Shown here piece after piece: positions 27,161 through 37,236 of a stretch of DNA of 64,000 nt. The first letter of the stretch is position 1, and every line of letters begins with the position of its first letter. The stretch is taken from the NCBI GenBank assembly GCA_964406145.1, contig CAYOQP010000002.1:13537-77536 (forward strand), written 5' to 3'. A program made the translations under genes and the position numbers. The notes under the pieces are model-generated. The model worked only from the letters and a program-made list of their open reading frames with translations, was not told the origin of the DNA and made no database searches. Origin of the DNA: an uncultured Candidatus Saccharibacteria bacterium. GTDB taxonomy: Bacteria > Patescibacteriota > UBA1384 > XYA2-FULL-43-10 > 1-14-0-10-43-13.

Positions 27161-28448
27161 GGATAAACCTCTTCATTGAACTGCCAGCTAATAATATAAG
27201 GACTGTTCTTGTTAGTGTTATAGCAGTAAACATGCTTATTAAAATCCCGATCATAAGTGTTAGGGCAAAACCCCTGACCGGTCCAGAGCCTGTTGCGAAA
27301 TAAAGAATGAGACTTGTTATCAATGAAGACATGTTCGAGTCTCTAATCGAGTTCCATGACCTTCTAAAGCCATCTTGGATCGACAAGTGTAACTCTTTGC
27401 CAGATTTTAATTCTTCCTTTAACCTTTCAAATATCAAAACATTAGCATCTATCGCCATGCCAATCGAGAGCACAAATCCAGCAATACCAGCTAGTGTCAA
27501 TGTGACCGGAATGAGCTTGTATATTGCCAGGGTAATAATTGCGTAAATTACTAGAGCCAATATAGCGACAAGGCCGGGAAACTTGTAATAAGAAAGCATG
27601 AAAACAGAGATCAGAAGTAAGCCGATAAGACCAGCAACTATGCTTTGTTTTAGAGAGTCTTTACCAAGAGTCGCTCCAACATTTTGTTGTCCTATAAGTT
27701 TAGTTGGAACAGGAAGCATGCCTTCGTTAAGTCTTTTTGCTAGCTGTTGTGCCTCCTTTATGTCTTTTGAGCCGGTAATAACTGCTTCTCCGCTAGAAAT
27801 CTCTTCGTTGACGTTTGGTGCGGAAACTATTTTATTGTCCAAGACAATGGCGATTCTTTTATTGACATTATTTTTGGTGAGTTCTTGAAATTTGGCTTTA
27901 CCAGCGTTATCAAACTGAATTGATACTACTGGGGAAGACTGAACCATCTGGCTTGATCCACCCTGAAATGTTGCATCAGCCTTAACTAGACTTTTTCCTG
28001 TGAGATCTGATTTCTGCCAATAACCTGGATAAGAAAAATTAGAATCATAATAATCTTTAAGCTGATTCCCTGTTTCGGCGGTGGCTTCCGTCATAAAAAC
28101 CAATTCGTAGGTATCCCCTATTTTTTTGATAGCATTATCAATATCCTTGATTCCGGGAAGCTCAATAATGATTCTATCGCCGCCAGAAGTTTGAATGTTT
28201 GGCTCGGAAACTCCGAGCTGGTTTATCCTTTGTGAGAATACGCTTTTTAGATTATCTAAATCCTTGAACTTATCTGCTGATTCTGAGAGATCAGCTTGGT
28301 ATGTTAGTTCTGTGCCGCCGACAAGATCGAGTCCTAGAGAAGCTTTAATCTTCTCGCCACCAAGAAAACTTTGTGGTAAATCAACAAAAACAGCCAAAGC
28401 AATGACTATAACAATAAAAGAAAGCATGATCCAAAGTTTTGTACGCAT
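27153..28448 (-). CDS. secD: protein translocase subunit SecD
   Basis: LGLDLVGGTELTYQAD and periplasmic domain followed by a 6-TM pattern. Confidence 0.9.
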   Translation of the reverse strand: MRTKLWIMLSFIVIVIALAVFVDLPQSFLGGEKIKASLGLDLVGGTELTYQADLSESADKFKDLDNLKSVFSQRINQLGVSEPNIQTSGGDRIIIELPGIKDIDNAIKKIGDTYELVFMTEATAETGNQLKDYYDSNFSYPGYWQKSDLTGKSLVKADATFQGGSSQMVQSSPVVSIQFDNAGKAKFQELTKNNVNKRIAIVLDNKIVSAPNVNEEISSGEAVITGSKDIKEAQQLAKRLNEGMLPVPTKLIGQQNVGATLGKDSLKQSIVAGLIGLLLISVFMLSYYKFPGLVAILALVIYAIITLAIYKLIPVTLTLAGIAGFVLSIGMAIDANVLIFERLKEELKSGKELHLSIQDGFRRSWNSIRDSNMSSLITSLILYFATGSGPVRGFALTLMIGILISMFTAITLTRTVLILLAGSSMKRFIHV

Positions 28449-28506
28449 TAAAATCTCCTGCTAATAATTCTATTATAGCAAAATTATTTAGTCAATCGTA
28501 TAGTCA

Positions 28507-29160
28507 TTAAATAATAGGGCAAATTACAGCTTTGCCGTCTTTGATGAGCTTAGGCAGAACGTCTTCTTCGATCATCGAAAAACCCTTGGGGATATAATTT
28601 AGGACTTCGGGATCAAATATATATATGCCTCTCATGTCATCAAGACTATCAGTTGCGATTGTAGCAATAAAACTATGCTTCTTGTGAAAGTTGAGAAGAT
28701 GGGTTATCTCAATTTCAGTAAAACGATTGTGATTTACGACAACAAAAGTGCCTCTTAATTCTTTTTTTAATATAGACAGTGCTCCACCAGAGCCCTCTCC
28801 TTTGTCATTATATATTAATTGGAGTCCATAAGATTCTTCGGCTTCAATTTTTTCCTTAACCTTATCGCCCAAGAAACCAACGGCGATATTTACTTTTTCA
28901 AAGCCATTCTTTTTCAATTCAGCAAATATTTTCTGAGTGTTAGGAATTGATTTTAAGGCATCATCACCGCCGAGCAGAATAACTGCGCTGTTGGTATCTT
29001 TTGTACCTAGGCCTTTTAGTATTAGAGATTCAATAGCGTGAGATCTATTTCTGACCGATGTACCGTCAATAGTACGGTCAACTTTATCGAGGACGTTTTT
29101 CTTTATCGAGATTGTGATTCTTTCGCGCTCCATTAAACTCCTTAGACTAATAATATTCAT
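28507..29160 (-). CDS. nucleotidyltransferase-family protein with N-terminal ribbon-helix-helix-like segment
   Basis: ERITISIKKNVLDKVDRTIDG...RSHAIESLI is RHH-like; AVILLGGDD...LIYNDKGEGSGGAL...VVNHNRF...FH is NTP-transferase-like. Confidence 0.5.
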   Translation of the reverse strand: MNIISLRSLMERERITISIKKNVLDKVDRTIDGTSVRNRSHAIESLILKGLGTKDTNSAVILLGGDDALKSIPNTQKIFAELKKNGFEKVNIAVGFLGDKVKEKIEAEESYGLQLIYNDKGEGSGGALSILKKELRGTFVVVNHNRFTEIEITHLLNFHKKHSFIATIATDSLDDMRGIYIFDPEVLNYIPKGFSMIEEDVLPKLIKDGKAVICPII

Positions 29161-29214
29161 AACTTATCATAAACAAAAAAGGCTAGTCAAATTAAATATG
29201 AATAGTTACGAATA

Positions 29215-30180
29215 TTATTTTTTATTGAGCGTCGATAGGAATTTTTTGAAATCTTCAGGAAGCTCGGCCTCAAAAGTTCTAGGTCTATTTTCTCCTGGCA
29301 GAGTTATGGAGAGATTTTTTGAGTGTAGAAGTTGTCTCGGAATTGCGTATTTTGCAGATATTTCACGACTATCTTTATTGAAATAAGAAGTATCTCCAAT
29401 AATTGGAAATCCAGCAAGTTTTGCTTGAGAGCGAATTTGATGAGTTCTGCCTGTCTTAATATCAAACTCGATTAAGGAAACTTTCTTGTTATCTTTTGTA
29501 AAAAAATAATCTAGGAGATTATATTTTGATATTGCCTTCTTGCCCTTGTTCTCCCCTACTTCGGTGAATTCTTTGCGATTTTTTTCGCTACGTCCAAGGA
29601 AGTTCACTAACTCCCCGTTTTCATTTTTTGGCCAACCAGCACAAATGGCCCAATATATTTTTTTAACAGTTCTATTTTGCATTTGACGGGAAAGAGAATG
29701 CATCGCTCTAGCATTTTTGGCGACTATAATTGTTCCAGAGGTGTCCTTGTCAAGACGATGGACGAGGCCAGGTCTCAGCAGGGAGACTTTGGATTCTTTG
29801 TCATAAACAGCATTTTTTATTTGTGGAAAATGTGCCAACAAAGCGTTAATAAGTGTACCGTTTTTTGTTGATAAAGCTGGATGGACAACCAATCCTGCTT
29901 GTTTATTGATGACTATTACGTCTTTGTCTTCGTAAATAATATTAAGAGGAATTTTCTCTGGTCCTAGATCAATCGTTTCTATCTCGATGAAGTTGACCTC
30001 GATCATATCACCAGCTTTGATGCGGTAGCTTGACTTGCTTGTTGATTCGTTAACTTTGACGTAACCAGATTTAATTAAATTAGCAAAGTAATTTCTTGAA
30101 TAATCTGAGAACTTTTCCGACAAAAATTGGTCGAGCCTGATGGAATTAAAACCTTCGTTTATGGTTATTGTTTGTTTCAT
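29215..30180 (-). CDS. rluD: RluA-family pseudouridine synthase (RluD-like)
   Basis: S4-like N-terminus; HRLDKDTSGTIIVAKN catalytic motif. Confidence 0.85.
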   Translation of the reverse strand: MKQTITINEGFNSIRLDQFLSEKFSDYSRNYFANLIKSGYVKVNESTSKSSYRIKAGDMIEVNFIEIETIDLGPEKIPLNIIYEDKDVIVINKQAGLVVHPALSTKNGTLINALLAHFPQIKNAVYDKESKVSLLRPGLVHRLDKDTSGTIIVAKNARAMHSLSRQMQNRTVKKIYWAICAGWPKNENGELVNFLGRSEKNRKEFTEVGENKGKKAISKYNLLDYFFTKDNKKVSLIEFDIKTGRTHQIRSQAKLAGFPIIGDTSYFNKDSREISAKYAIPRQLLHSKNLSITLPGENRPRTFEAELPEDFKKFLSTLNKK

Positions 30181-31022
30181 TTAATATATTTTTTAATATT
30201 TGTATCGCTGTTCATTCGATATCGGGATAATTCTAGCGGACCGTCAAAGTCGGCAATGCCTGATTTTGTGGTTGTTGCATATTTATATCCGGCGCCTTTT
30301 ACTATTTCTATTGTCTCTAAAGTATATTTTCCTGCCGGATAGCAGAAGGAAATAACATTTTTGCCAATAATGCTTTCGAGTCTTGTCTTGCTTTGGCTGA
30401 TTTCGTTTGATGCTTTCGTTGTGTTTGCCGTCGAGAGATCGATGTGCGACAGAGTGTGAGAACCAATTTCTATACCATTATCAGCAATTTCCCTTATCTG
30501 ATCCGTGGTTATGTAATTAGCTCCATCATTATTGGCTATGACATACACAACTGCGGTCATATTTCTTTTTCTTAATTCCGGGTAAGCCGTCGTATAAAAA
30601 TCTTTATAACCATCATCAAAGGTCAATATTATTGGTTTCGTTGGAATATTGCCCTGTTCAATATTGTAGAAATTTATGGTTTCATAACCATTCTTTTGGA
30701 TTTCGTCTAATTGCTCGGCGAATTTGGTTGGCTCGACTGAAAGATTTATACCAAGCGTGTCGTTCTGATCTACAACAGTCCGAATGTAGTGATACATCAG
30801 GATTGGAATATTTGGAATTTCATTTATAGGCTGAGCATTCTCGACAATTGGAGTCTTAAGTTCTGCTTCGGCTATGGGATTGTCTATCGTTTTTTCAGCT
30901 TCTTGTCTTGCCTCGGTTTGTTTTTCGGCTGTTTTTTTGTCTGGCATCAGGAAATAAAATATTGATGCACCAGTAAGGCAAATCAACAAGATAATTGAAC
31001 AGATTATTCTTTTTTTATACAT
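30177..31022 (-). CDS. polysaccharide deacetylase (NodB homology)
   Basis: LTFDDGY, HTLSHIDL, signal-anchor N-terminus. Confidence 0.8.
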   Translation of the reverse strand: MYKKRIICSIILLICLTGASIFYFLMPDKKTAEKQTEARQEAEKTIDNPIAEAELKTPIVENAQPINEIPNIPILMYHYIRTVVDQNDTLGINLSVEPTKFAEQLDEIQKNGYETINFYNIEQGNIPTKPIILTFDDGYKDFYTTAYPELRKRNMTAVVYVIANNDGANYITTDQIREIADNGIEIGSHTLSHIDLSTANTTKASNEISQSKTRLESIIGKNVISFCYPAGKYTLETIEIVKGAGYKYATTTKSGIADFDGPLELSRYRMNSDTNIKKYIK

Positions 31023-31024
31023 CT

Positions 31025-32161
31025 TTAATCTATTAACTTTGGCGCTTCTGTCTCATCAATAATATTTTGACTTTTAATTTTATCGACAACTGTCGTCAAA
31101 GCGCGGTTTCTGGTGTTGGCGACAACATCAAATTGTCGTCCAGTCGAAGCGATTCTCTCGCCCAACTTGTTAACTTCTTCGCTGAATTTACTATATTCAG
31201 AATCGAATTTTTGAATTAGGCCAATTATGTGCTGAAGATTTTCCTGATAACGAAAATTTGTATAAGCCTGCTTAACCATGCGCAGAATTGCAGTAAAGCT
31301 GAATGGGCCAGCAAAGATGACTTTTTTCTGCATAGCTTCCTCCCAGACGTCGTTCATCTTGTCGTAGATGACAGAAAAAATCATCTCGTTGGGAATGAAG
31401 AGTATGACAAAGTCGACAGTTTTGTCTTCCGGGTTTATATATTCTCTGCTCGAGACCTGTTTAATCTTGTTTTTAACATCTTGTTTGAACGTACGCCAGT
31501 AGCGTTCTTTTTCTGTCTTATCCTCTGCCTCGGCATATTTTACGAGTGAAGCATATGGAAATTTTACATCAATATTAATCTTGGTTTGGTCTGGTAAGAA
31601 AATTGTGAAGTCTGGTCTCGTGTTTTCGTTTTGTTGCGCTTCATTGTGTCGATAGTCTTGGCCAATAACGAATCCAGCCATCCTTAGTAGATTTTCGGCA
31701 ACTTGTTCACCGAAAGCACCACGCATTTGGTTGTTAGATAAAAGATCCTTTAGTTTGTCGGCGCTGACCTTGAGATCACCAGTGATTTCTTTATAATTTT
31801 TAAGTTCACTTTCTAGGGCTGAGAATGATTTGATTCTTTCGTCATCGCTTTGTTTAAGGCGGTCTTCGTTCTTGTGGATATCTTTTCTGATCTCCTCAAT
31901 TAATTCGGCAATAACCGACTTCTTGCCTTCGAGATCAGTTTTGATTTCATTTTTCTGAACATTCAAGACCTCTTTGGCCAACTGCAAAAAACGCTCAGAA
32001 TTTTTATCAAGAGCCTCGGATGAAATCCGAGCTATTCTATCTTCTAGGATTTTTTCATCTGGCTGAGCAGTTAAATTTTTTTTCTGAATCAAAATATTGG
32101 CAATGATCGAGCCGATCAAAACGGCAACAAAAACAGCAACTACAATTAAAACAATGTCCAT
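31025..32161 (-). CDS. rmuC: DNA recombination protein RmuC
   Basis: N-terminal TM, long coiled coil, RmuC C-terminal domain (MRGAFGEQVAENLL...). Confidence 0.85.
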   Translation of the reverse strand: MDIVLIVVAVFVAVLIGSIIANILIQKKNLTAQPDEKILEDRIARISSEALDKNSERFLQLAKEVLNVQKNEIKTDLEGKKSVIAELIEEIRKDIHKNEDRLKQSDDERIKSFSALESELKNYKEITGDLKVSADKLKDLLSNNQMRGAFGEQVAENLLRMAGFVIGQDYRHNEAQQNENTRPDFTIFLPDQTKINIDVKFPYASLVKYAEAEDKTEKERYWRTFKQDVKNKIKQVSSREYINPEDKTVDFVILFIPNEMIFSVIYDKMNDVWEEAMQKKVIFAGPFSFTAILRMVKQAYTNFRYQENLQHIIGLIQKFDSEYSKFSEEVNKLGERIASTGRQFDVVANTRNRALTTVVDKIKSQNIIDETEAPKLID

Positions 32162-32403
32162 CAGTTCCTTTCTCTAATATCTGATCACATTATATCAAAT
32201 TATTTTTTACCGAACAAATGCCAAACACCTATTGACAAATAAGGCGCTGAGTTGTATAGTAATTGTACGCTTGTTCCCTTGCTAAGGAAGTGGCCGTGTT
32301 AATTAATATATCCATTCATTCATCCAAGAATGCGGCCACTTCCAGCCATCATCGGCCCACCGACTCCCCTGTGTCTCGGTGGGTCTTCTTTTTGTTGGCA
32401 AAT

Positions 32404-35313
32404 TTATACTTTACTGTCTGGACAGATATCCGAGTAAGGGCATTGCTTGCACTGGAAGAGATCGGGCTTAGCCGTAAGATTATTGGCTCTTAAACCAGTG
32501 GCGACGTCAAAGATCATTTTCTTGGTTTCATCTAATTCCTTGAGGCTAAATGTTTTGGTTCCAGTAAGACCGGACTCGATAAAAACTAGTGTTGTTTTGG
32601 GAATTACCTTGAATTTTTCATACCAAGCTAGAGCGTAGATCATCATCTGGGTTGATTCTTTTATCCGTCTTTCAGCATCTTTTTGCTCAACTACATTGGA
32701 AGTTTTAAAGTCTTTAATCTCAGCAGTTTTGTCTTTGCCGCAGACGAGGTCATAGCGGCCATTAACTTTGACGCCATTTTCAGCGAATTCAAACATGGCT
32801 TCGACCTGTGTTGGGATAGTCGGATTATCAATGTCGTCTTGATAGAAACGGGTCAACGTCTCAATCCCCTGCTTAAATCTAAGTTCCTCTTGTTCTCTGG
32901 TGATAAAACCAATGTTTTTGAAAGCCACCTTATAGTCATTGATGAGCTGGTCGAGTGTCGATTGTTCGCCACGAATTTTGCGATTAAAATAGTGATCCAG
33001 TGCGGCATGAACAGCGGTCCCATACATCAAATATTGATTTTCGAGAAGCGGAATTTTGACAACATGAGCGAAATAAAATTTTTTCGGACAAGAATAATAA
33101 TCGTCAATTTGCTGACGTGAAAGCTTTAAAGTTTCGCCAGTAAATTTGTTTGGTAATTTTTTGTGCTTTATTTCAATTTTTTTGAATCTCTCGATCTTCT
33201 CGACTGCAGAGAGTTTGTGTTTGAGCTTGTCTCCTTCTGGCTGGTCGAGAAGCTCTAAAACAAACTGTGAGAGCTTCTTGCTGCGTTTACCGCCATAGTC
33301 CTCAGCAGCTGTTAGAAAAAGATAATCCTTAGCGCGCGTCGTGGCGACATAGAAGAGTCTGCGTTCTTCCTGAAGATGAAAATCTCCTTCTGGTAATCTT
33401 TCGCGGATTAGATCGTCTGGAATCGGTAGGGCTTCACGCTTTTGTCTTGAGGGGAATCTATCGGCGACACAATTGGCAACAAAAACAACTGGCCATTCAA
33501 GTCCCTTGGAAGCATGGGCAGTTAAAATATTAACAGCATCAATGTCTGGATCGATGTCGGACGTTATGACCTCATCGCCAACCTCGAGAATTAATTCTAG
33601 ATTATTCAAAAAGGCGTGGACTCCCCTTTCGTCCGAAGAGTGATTAAAAGCAGAAATGCGATCAAAAAATTTAGCGATATTGTGAACTTTTAATTCATTT
33701 TCAATGTTATTTTCAGAAGATAATTTCTTGAGATAGTTTTTTTCTTTGAGGTAATCATATAAAACTTCACCGCAAGGATCATTTTTCTTTTCTGAATAAT
33801 TCTTGACGTCCAAAATAAGCTCTTTGAGCTTAGTAAAATCTTGTTGAGTTAATTCATCACTAATATCAAGTGTCGGCTGGACTTGTTTGTCAACTATATC
33901 CTTTAGAGAGCGGTTATAACGCTTCGCCTTGGTATAATATTCGGCCAATCCTTCATGTGAGACTCTGTACATCTCGCTAGTAGCAAGCTGATAGAAGGCT
34001 AAGGAGTCATCGGTGTAGACAAGACATTTTAAAAATGCGATAAGCATCTTGATTTCTTGCTGAGCGAATAGTCCTGATGCTCCGGAAAAGATATATGGAA
34101 TTCCGGCGACATTGAGTGATTGGACGAATGGCTCGGCTTGGCTGTTGGCTCTGACTAAAATCGCAAAATCATTATATTTGTAGCCATTTTCTTTTTTGAA
34201 TCTAGTAATAGTCTCAGCAACTTTGTCGGCTTCACACGATAGGTTGTCGCAATAAAGTAATTCCGGCATCCTGCCTCTTTTGGGCGAGATAAGTCGCTTG
34301 TCTATCTTATTTTGGACTTCGAGTCGATCTGGATTGTTGTTTTGGATTAATTTGTATGAAGCATCTAATATCTGTTGGGTTGAGCGATAATTTTGGTTAA
34401 GAACTATCTCTTTTGTCCCAGGATAAGTATTTTTAAAATCTAAAATATTAGAAATAGAAGCGCCACGAAATCGGTAAATCGATTGGTCATCATCTCCTAC
34501 CACTGTTAGATTCTTGTCTTTGGAGGCTAATAATTTAACGATTTCGTTTTGAGCAAAATTGGTGTCTTGAAACTCATCAACTAGAATATATTTAAATCTT
34601 TTTTGGCATTCTGATAGAACTTTCGGATTTTCCTTTAACAATTTATAGGTCATAAAGATCTGATCGCCAAAGTCGAGATTGCCAGACTGAATCATGAGAT
34701 CGCAATAGCGATCATAGGCGTTGGCAAGCTCGAGAGTTTTGTTGTTTTCTTCGTTACTTTCTTCCAAAACTTGTTTCTGGGCATAATCGAGATATGTTTC
34801 TGGTGTGATTAGTTCATCTTTGAGTCGTGAGAAATGAGACAGGAGTGCCTGAATATGACTCAGCGGATTGGCGATCGGACGAAAGTATTTAAGGTCGAAA
34901 GCATAAATATTTTGCCGCATAAAGATAGCTTGTTCTGTCCCGGTCAAAACCTTGAAATTAGCCGGAAGGCCGAGATCGATAGCAAAATCACGTAATAATC
35001 GATCGCCGAAAGCATGAAAAGTCGAAATCCACATATCGGTGTAGCCATAAGGGACAAGCGTATCGACGCGCTCCTCCATCTCCGAGGCGGCCTTTTCGGT
35101 AAAAGTGAGAGCTAGGATTTCAGAGGGTTTGCAGATCTTTTGCTCGATTAAATATGCGATGCGACGAGATATTACGGTTGTCTTACCTGTACCGGCGCCG
35201 GCAATGATTAAAAGAGGTCCATCTTTGTGGGTGACAGCATCTTTTTGGGTGCTATTTAAGCCAGTCAATATTTTTTCAGTTGAATTTTGATTTGAGAAGA
35301 GGTCTTGTTGCAT
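32404..35313 (-). CDS. UvrD/PcrA-like helicase fused to a C-terminal Cas4/AddB-like PD-(D/E)xK nuclease with 4-Cys cluster
   Basis: GAGTGKT Walker A; UvrD motifs; C-terminal C...CKQCPYSDIC. Start set at MQQDLF, 50 bp downstream of the upstream gene. Confidence 0.8.
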   Translation of the reverse strand: MQQDLFSNQNSTEKILTGLNSTQKDAVTHKDGPLLIIAGAGTGKTTVISRRIAYLIEQKICKPSEILALTFTEKAASEMEERVDTLVPYGYTDMWISTFHAFGDRLLRDFAIDLGLPANFKVLTGTEQAIFMRQNIYAFDLKYFRPIANPLSHIQALLSHFSRLKDELITPETYLDYAQKQVLEESNEENNKTLELANAYDRYCDLMIQSGNLDFGDQIFMTYKLLKENPKVLSECQKRFKYILVDEFQDTNFAQNEIVKLLASKDKNLTVVGDDDQSIYRFRGASISNILDFKNTYPGTKEIVLNQNYRSTQQILDASYKLIQNNNPDRLEVQNKIDKRLISPKRGRMPELLYCDNLSCEADKVAETITRFKKENGYKYNDFAILVRANSQAEPFVQSLNVAGIPYIFSGASGLFAQQEIKMLIAFLKCLVYTDDSLAFYQLATSEMYRVSHEGLAEYYTKAKRYNRSLKDIVDKQVQPTLDISDELTQQDFTKLKELILDVKNYSEKKNDPCGEVLYDYLKEKNYLKKLSSENNIENELKVHNIAKFFDRISAFNHSSDERGVHAFLNNLELILEVGDEVITSDIDPDIDAVNILTAHASKGLEWPVVFVANCVADRFPSRQKREALPIPDDLIRERLPEGDFHLQEERRLFYVATTRAKDYLFLTAAEDYGGKRSKKLSQFVLELLDQPEGDKLKHKLSAVEKIERFKKIEIKHKKLPNKFTGETLKLSRQQIDDYYSCPKKFYFAHVVKIPLLENQYLMYGTAVHAALDHYFNRKIRGEQSTLDQLINDYKVAFKNIGFITREQEELRFKQGIETLTRFYQDDIDNPTIPTQVEAMFEFAENGVKVNGRYDLVCGKDKTAEIKDFKTSNVVEQKDAERRIKESTQMMIYALAWYEKFKVIPKTTLVFIESGLTGTKTFSLKELDETKKMIFDVATGLRANNLTAKPDLFQCKQCPYSDICPDSKV

Positions 35314-35362
35314 GGACAAATTATATCTAGCAACCGAACAAAAGTCGAGCGCCTTTGTGAAA

Positions 35363-35980
35363 TTATTGGTTTTTGACCACAATAGTTTCAAGCGAATTAG
35401 CGGCATCCTCACATCGATCGGTTATTCTCTCTAGAAGCTCATAAATCTCTTTCATTTTGATAATCATGATTGGATCTTTTTCGTTCTCGAATAAATTCTC
35501 CAATGTTTTTCTGTGGTATTCGTCGGCCTGATTTTCAATGAAATTAACAAATTCAGTGTGCTTCAAGACTTCATTTAATCCCTTTTTGTTGCTTAAAGCT
35601 CTGACGCCTTTAGCTATCTCGGAGATTGCTTTTTCGGCCAAATGGGCATATTGAAATATTTCACGCGGAGCAACATCAATCTTGTATATATAGAGTCGGC
35701 TCATAGCCATGTCCATAACATCAACGATGTCATCGAGATGACTGGCCAAAGAAGTGATATCTTCTCGATCAATTGGAGTAATAAAAGTTTGATTTAGCGT
35801 CTTAATAATCTTGTGTGTGATCTCATCCGCTGCATGCTCAATCTTTTTGATTCGGATCGATTGTTTTTTTATATTGTCTTCGGCTTCATAGTCCGAGAAG
35901 ACTTTGACTGCTTTTTGGAGTTCGGCAACCTGTTCTTCAAAAAGTTTAAAGAAATCGATATTTTTCGGGAAAATTTGCAT
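35363..35980 (-). CDS. DUF47/PhoU-like phosphate transport regulator
   Basis: Typical Pit-associated PhoU-like family (TIGR00153-like helical protein); lies next to pit. Confidence 0.75.
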   Translation of the reverse strand: MQIFPKNIDFFKLFEEQVAELQKAVKVFSDYEAEDNIKKQSIRIKKIEHAADEITHKIIKTLNQTFITPIDREDITSLASHLDDIVDVMDMAMSRLYIYKIDVAPREIFQYAHLAEKAISEIAKGVRALSNKKGLNEVLKHTEFVNFIENQADEYHRKTLENLFENEKDPIMIIKMKEIYELLERITDRCEDAANSLETIVVKNQ

Positions 35981-35989
35981 TTTTGCTCC

Positions 35990-36988
35990 TTAATTAAAGA
36001 ATTTAATTGCCCAATAAGTTATAAAAGAAAATGTGCCAGCCAAGGGAATTGTTAAAAGCCAAGCCCAGACAATATTAAATGTTACGCCCCAGCGAACGGC
36101 TGACATTCTTTTTGCTGCACCGACGCCTGAAATTGCACCGGTAATAACATGTGTTGTGCTAACGGGAATTCCTAAGTGAGTGGCAAAAAATATGCTAATA
36201 GCGCTTGCTGTCTCTGCGGCGAAGCCATCGATAGGTCTAAGTTTTGTAATTTTTGAGCCCATAGTTTTGACTATCCTCCAACCTCCAAATAATGTTCCGA
36301 GCGCAATTGCACCATGACAAGACAATACTATCCATAGGGGAATATCGAATGTTTTCATAATTCCGGCCGAAAATAGAAGACTGGCGATAATGCCCATTGT
36401 CTTTTGAGCGTCATTTCCGCCGTGGCCCAAGCTATAAAGGGCGGCAGAAAAGAGTTGTAAAATTTTCGACCATTTGTTGACTTTAGCGAGTGGTTGTTTG
36501 CGAACAAGCCAACTAATTGCTGTTATTAGAATTAATCCCAAGAATAGACCAATAGCTGGTGCTAAAACAATGAAAATTAAGGTTTTGGTCCAACCACTTG
36601 CAATGATTACCCCAAAACCCGCTTTTGCGATTGCTGCTCCAGCGTATCCGCCGATAAGTGCGTGCGAAGAACTAGTTGGTAGGCCCAAATACCAAGTAGT
36701 TAAATTCCAGACTATAGTACCAATTAAACCAGCAAGAATTACGGTTTGATCAACTTGACTGATGTCGATCATGCCTTTGCCGATTGTCTTTGCAACAGCG
36801 GTTCCGAAGACTAAGAAGGCGATAAAATTAAAAAAGGCTGCCCAAATGACAGCTTGTTTTGGAGATAGAACTCTAGTTGAGACTACTGTGGCAATTGAAT
36901 TTGCAGCATCATGGAATCCGTTAGTAAAATCAAAAATAAGAGCAATTAAGATAATAATTATTACAATTGGAAGAATTTCTGATGTCAT
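35990..36988 (-). CDS. pit: inorganic phosphate transporter, PiT family
   Basis: GFHDAANSIATVVSTRVL signature and duplicated PiT TM repeats. Confidence 0.9.
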   Translation of the reverse strand: MTSEILPIVIIIILIALIFDFTNGFHDAANSIATVVSTRVLSPKQAVIWAAFFNFIAFLVFGTAVAKTIGKGMIDISQVDQTVILAGLIGTIVWNLTTWYLGLPTSSSHALIGGYAGAAIAKAGFGVIIASGWTKTLIFIVLAPAIGLFLGLILITAISWLVRKQPLAKVNKWSKILQLFSAALYSLGHGGNDAQKTMGIIASLLFSAGIMKTFDIPLWIVLSCHGAIALGTLFGGWRIVKTMGSKITKLRPIDGFAAETASAISIFFATHLGIPVSTTHVITGAISGVGAAKRMSAVRWGVTFNIVWAWLLTIPLAGTFSFITYWAIKFFN

Positions 36989-37043
36989 CTTCCGTCATAC
37001 TATCAACCCAATCTTATCGTGTCTAGTGGATATCTTCATTCGC

Positions 37044-37070
37044 CAACAAAAAACCGGCTTTCGGCCGGCC
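37044..37070 (-). terminator. terminator/attenuator-like hairpin in the pit 5' leader
   Basis: On the minus strand: GGCCGGCCGAAAGCCGG followed by U6, about 55 nt upstream of the pit start. Confidence 0.4.
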
Positions 37071-37210
37071 AAGCTCCTTCGTGCTTCCTCACACAATGTG
37101 TGAGGAAATCATCAAAGAACTTTGAGAGTATTGATGTCTCCACCAACATCATCAACGATATATATTATAACATACTCATTCGTATAAAGTCAAGAGGGTA
37201 TTATTTGAGC

Positions 37211-37236
37211 AAATAAAAAACATCCGTTAAGGATGT
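37211..37236 (-). terminator. intrinsic terminator (minus strand) at the end of a GC-rich noncoding region
   Basis: On the minus strand: ACAUCC-UUAAC-GGAUGU followed by UUUUUUAUUU. Confidence 0.6.

Noticed and set aside
32404-35412. Longest-ORF start (35412) for the helicase-nuclease.
   Set aside because: It would overlap the upstream DUF47 gene; the conserved N-terminus begins at MQQDLF (35313).
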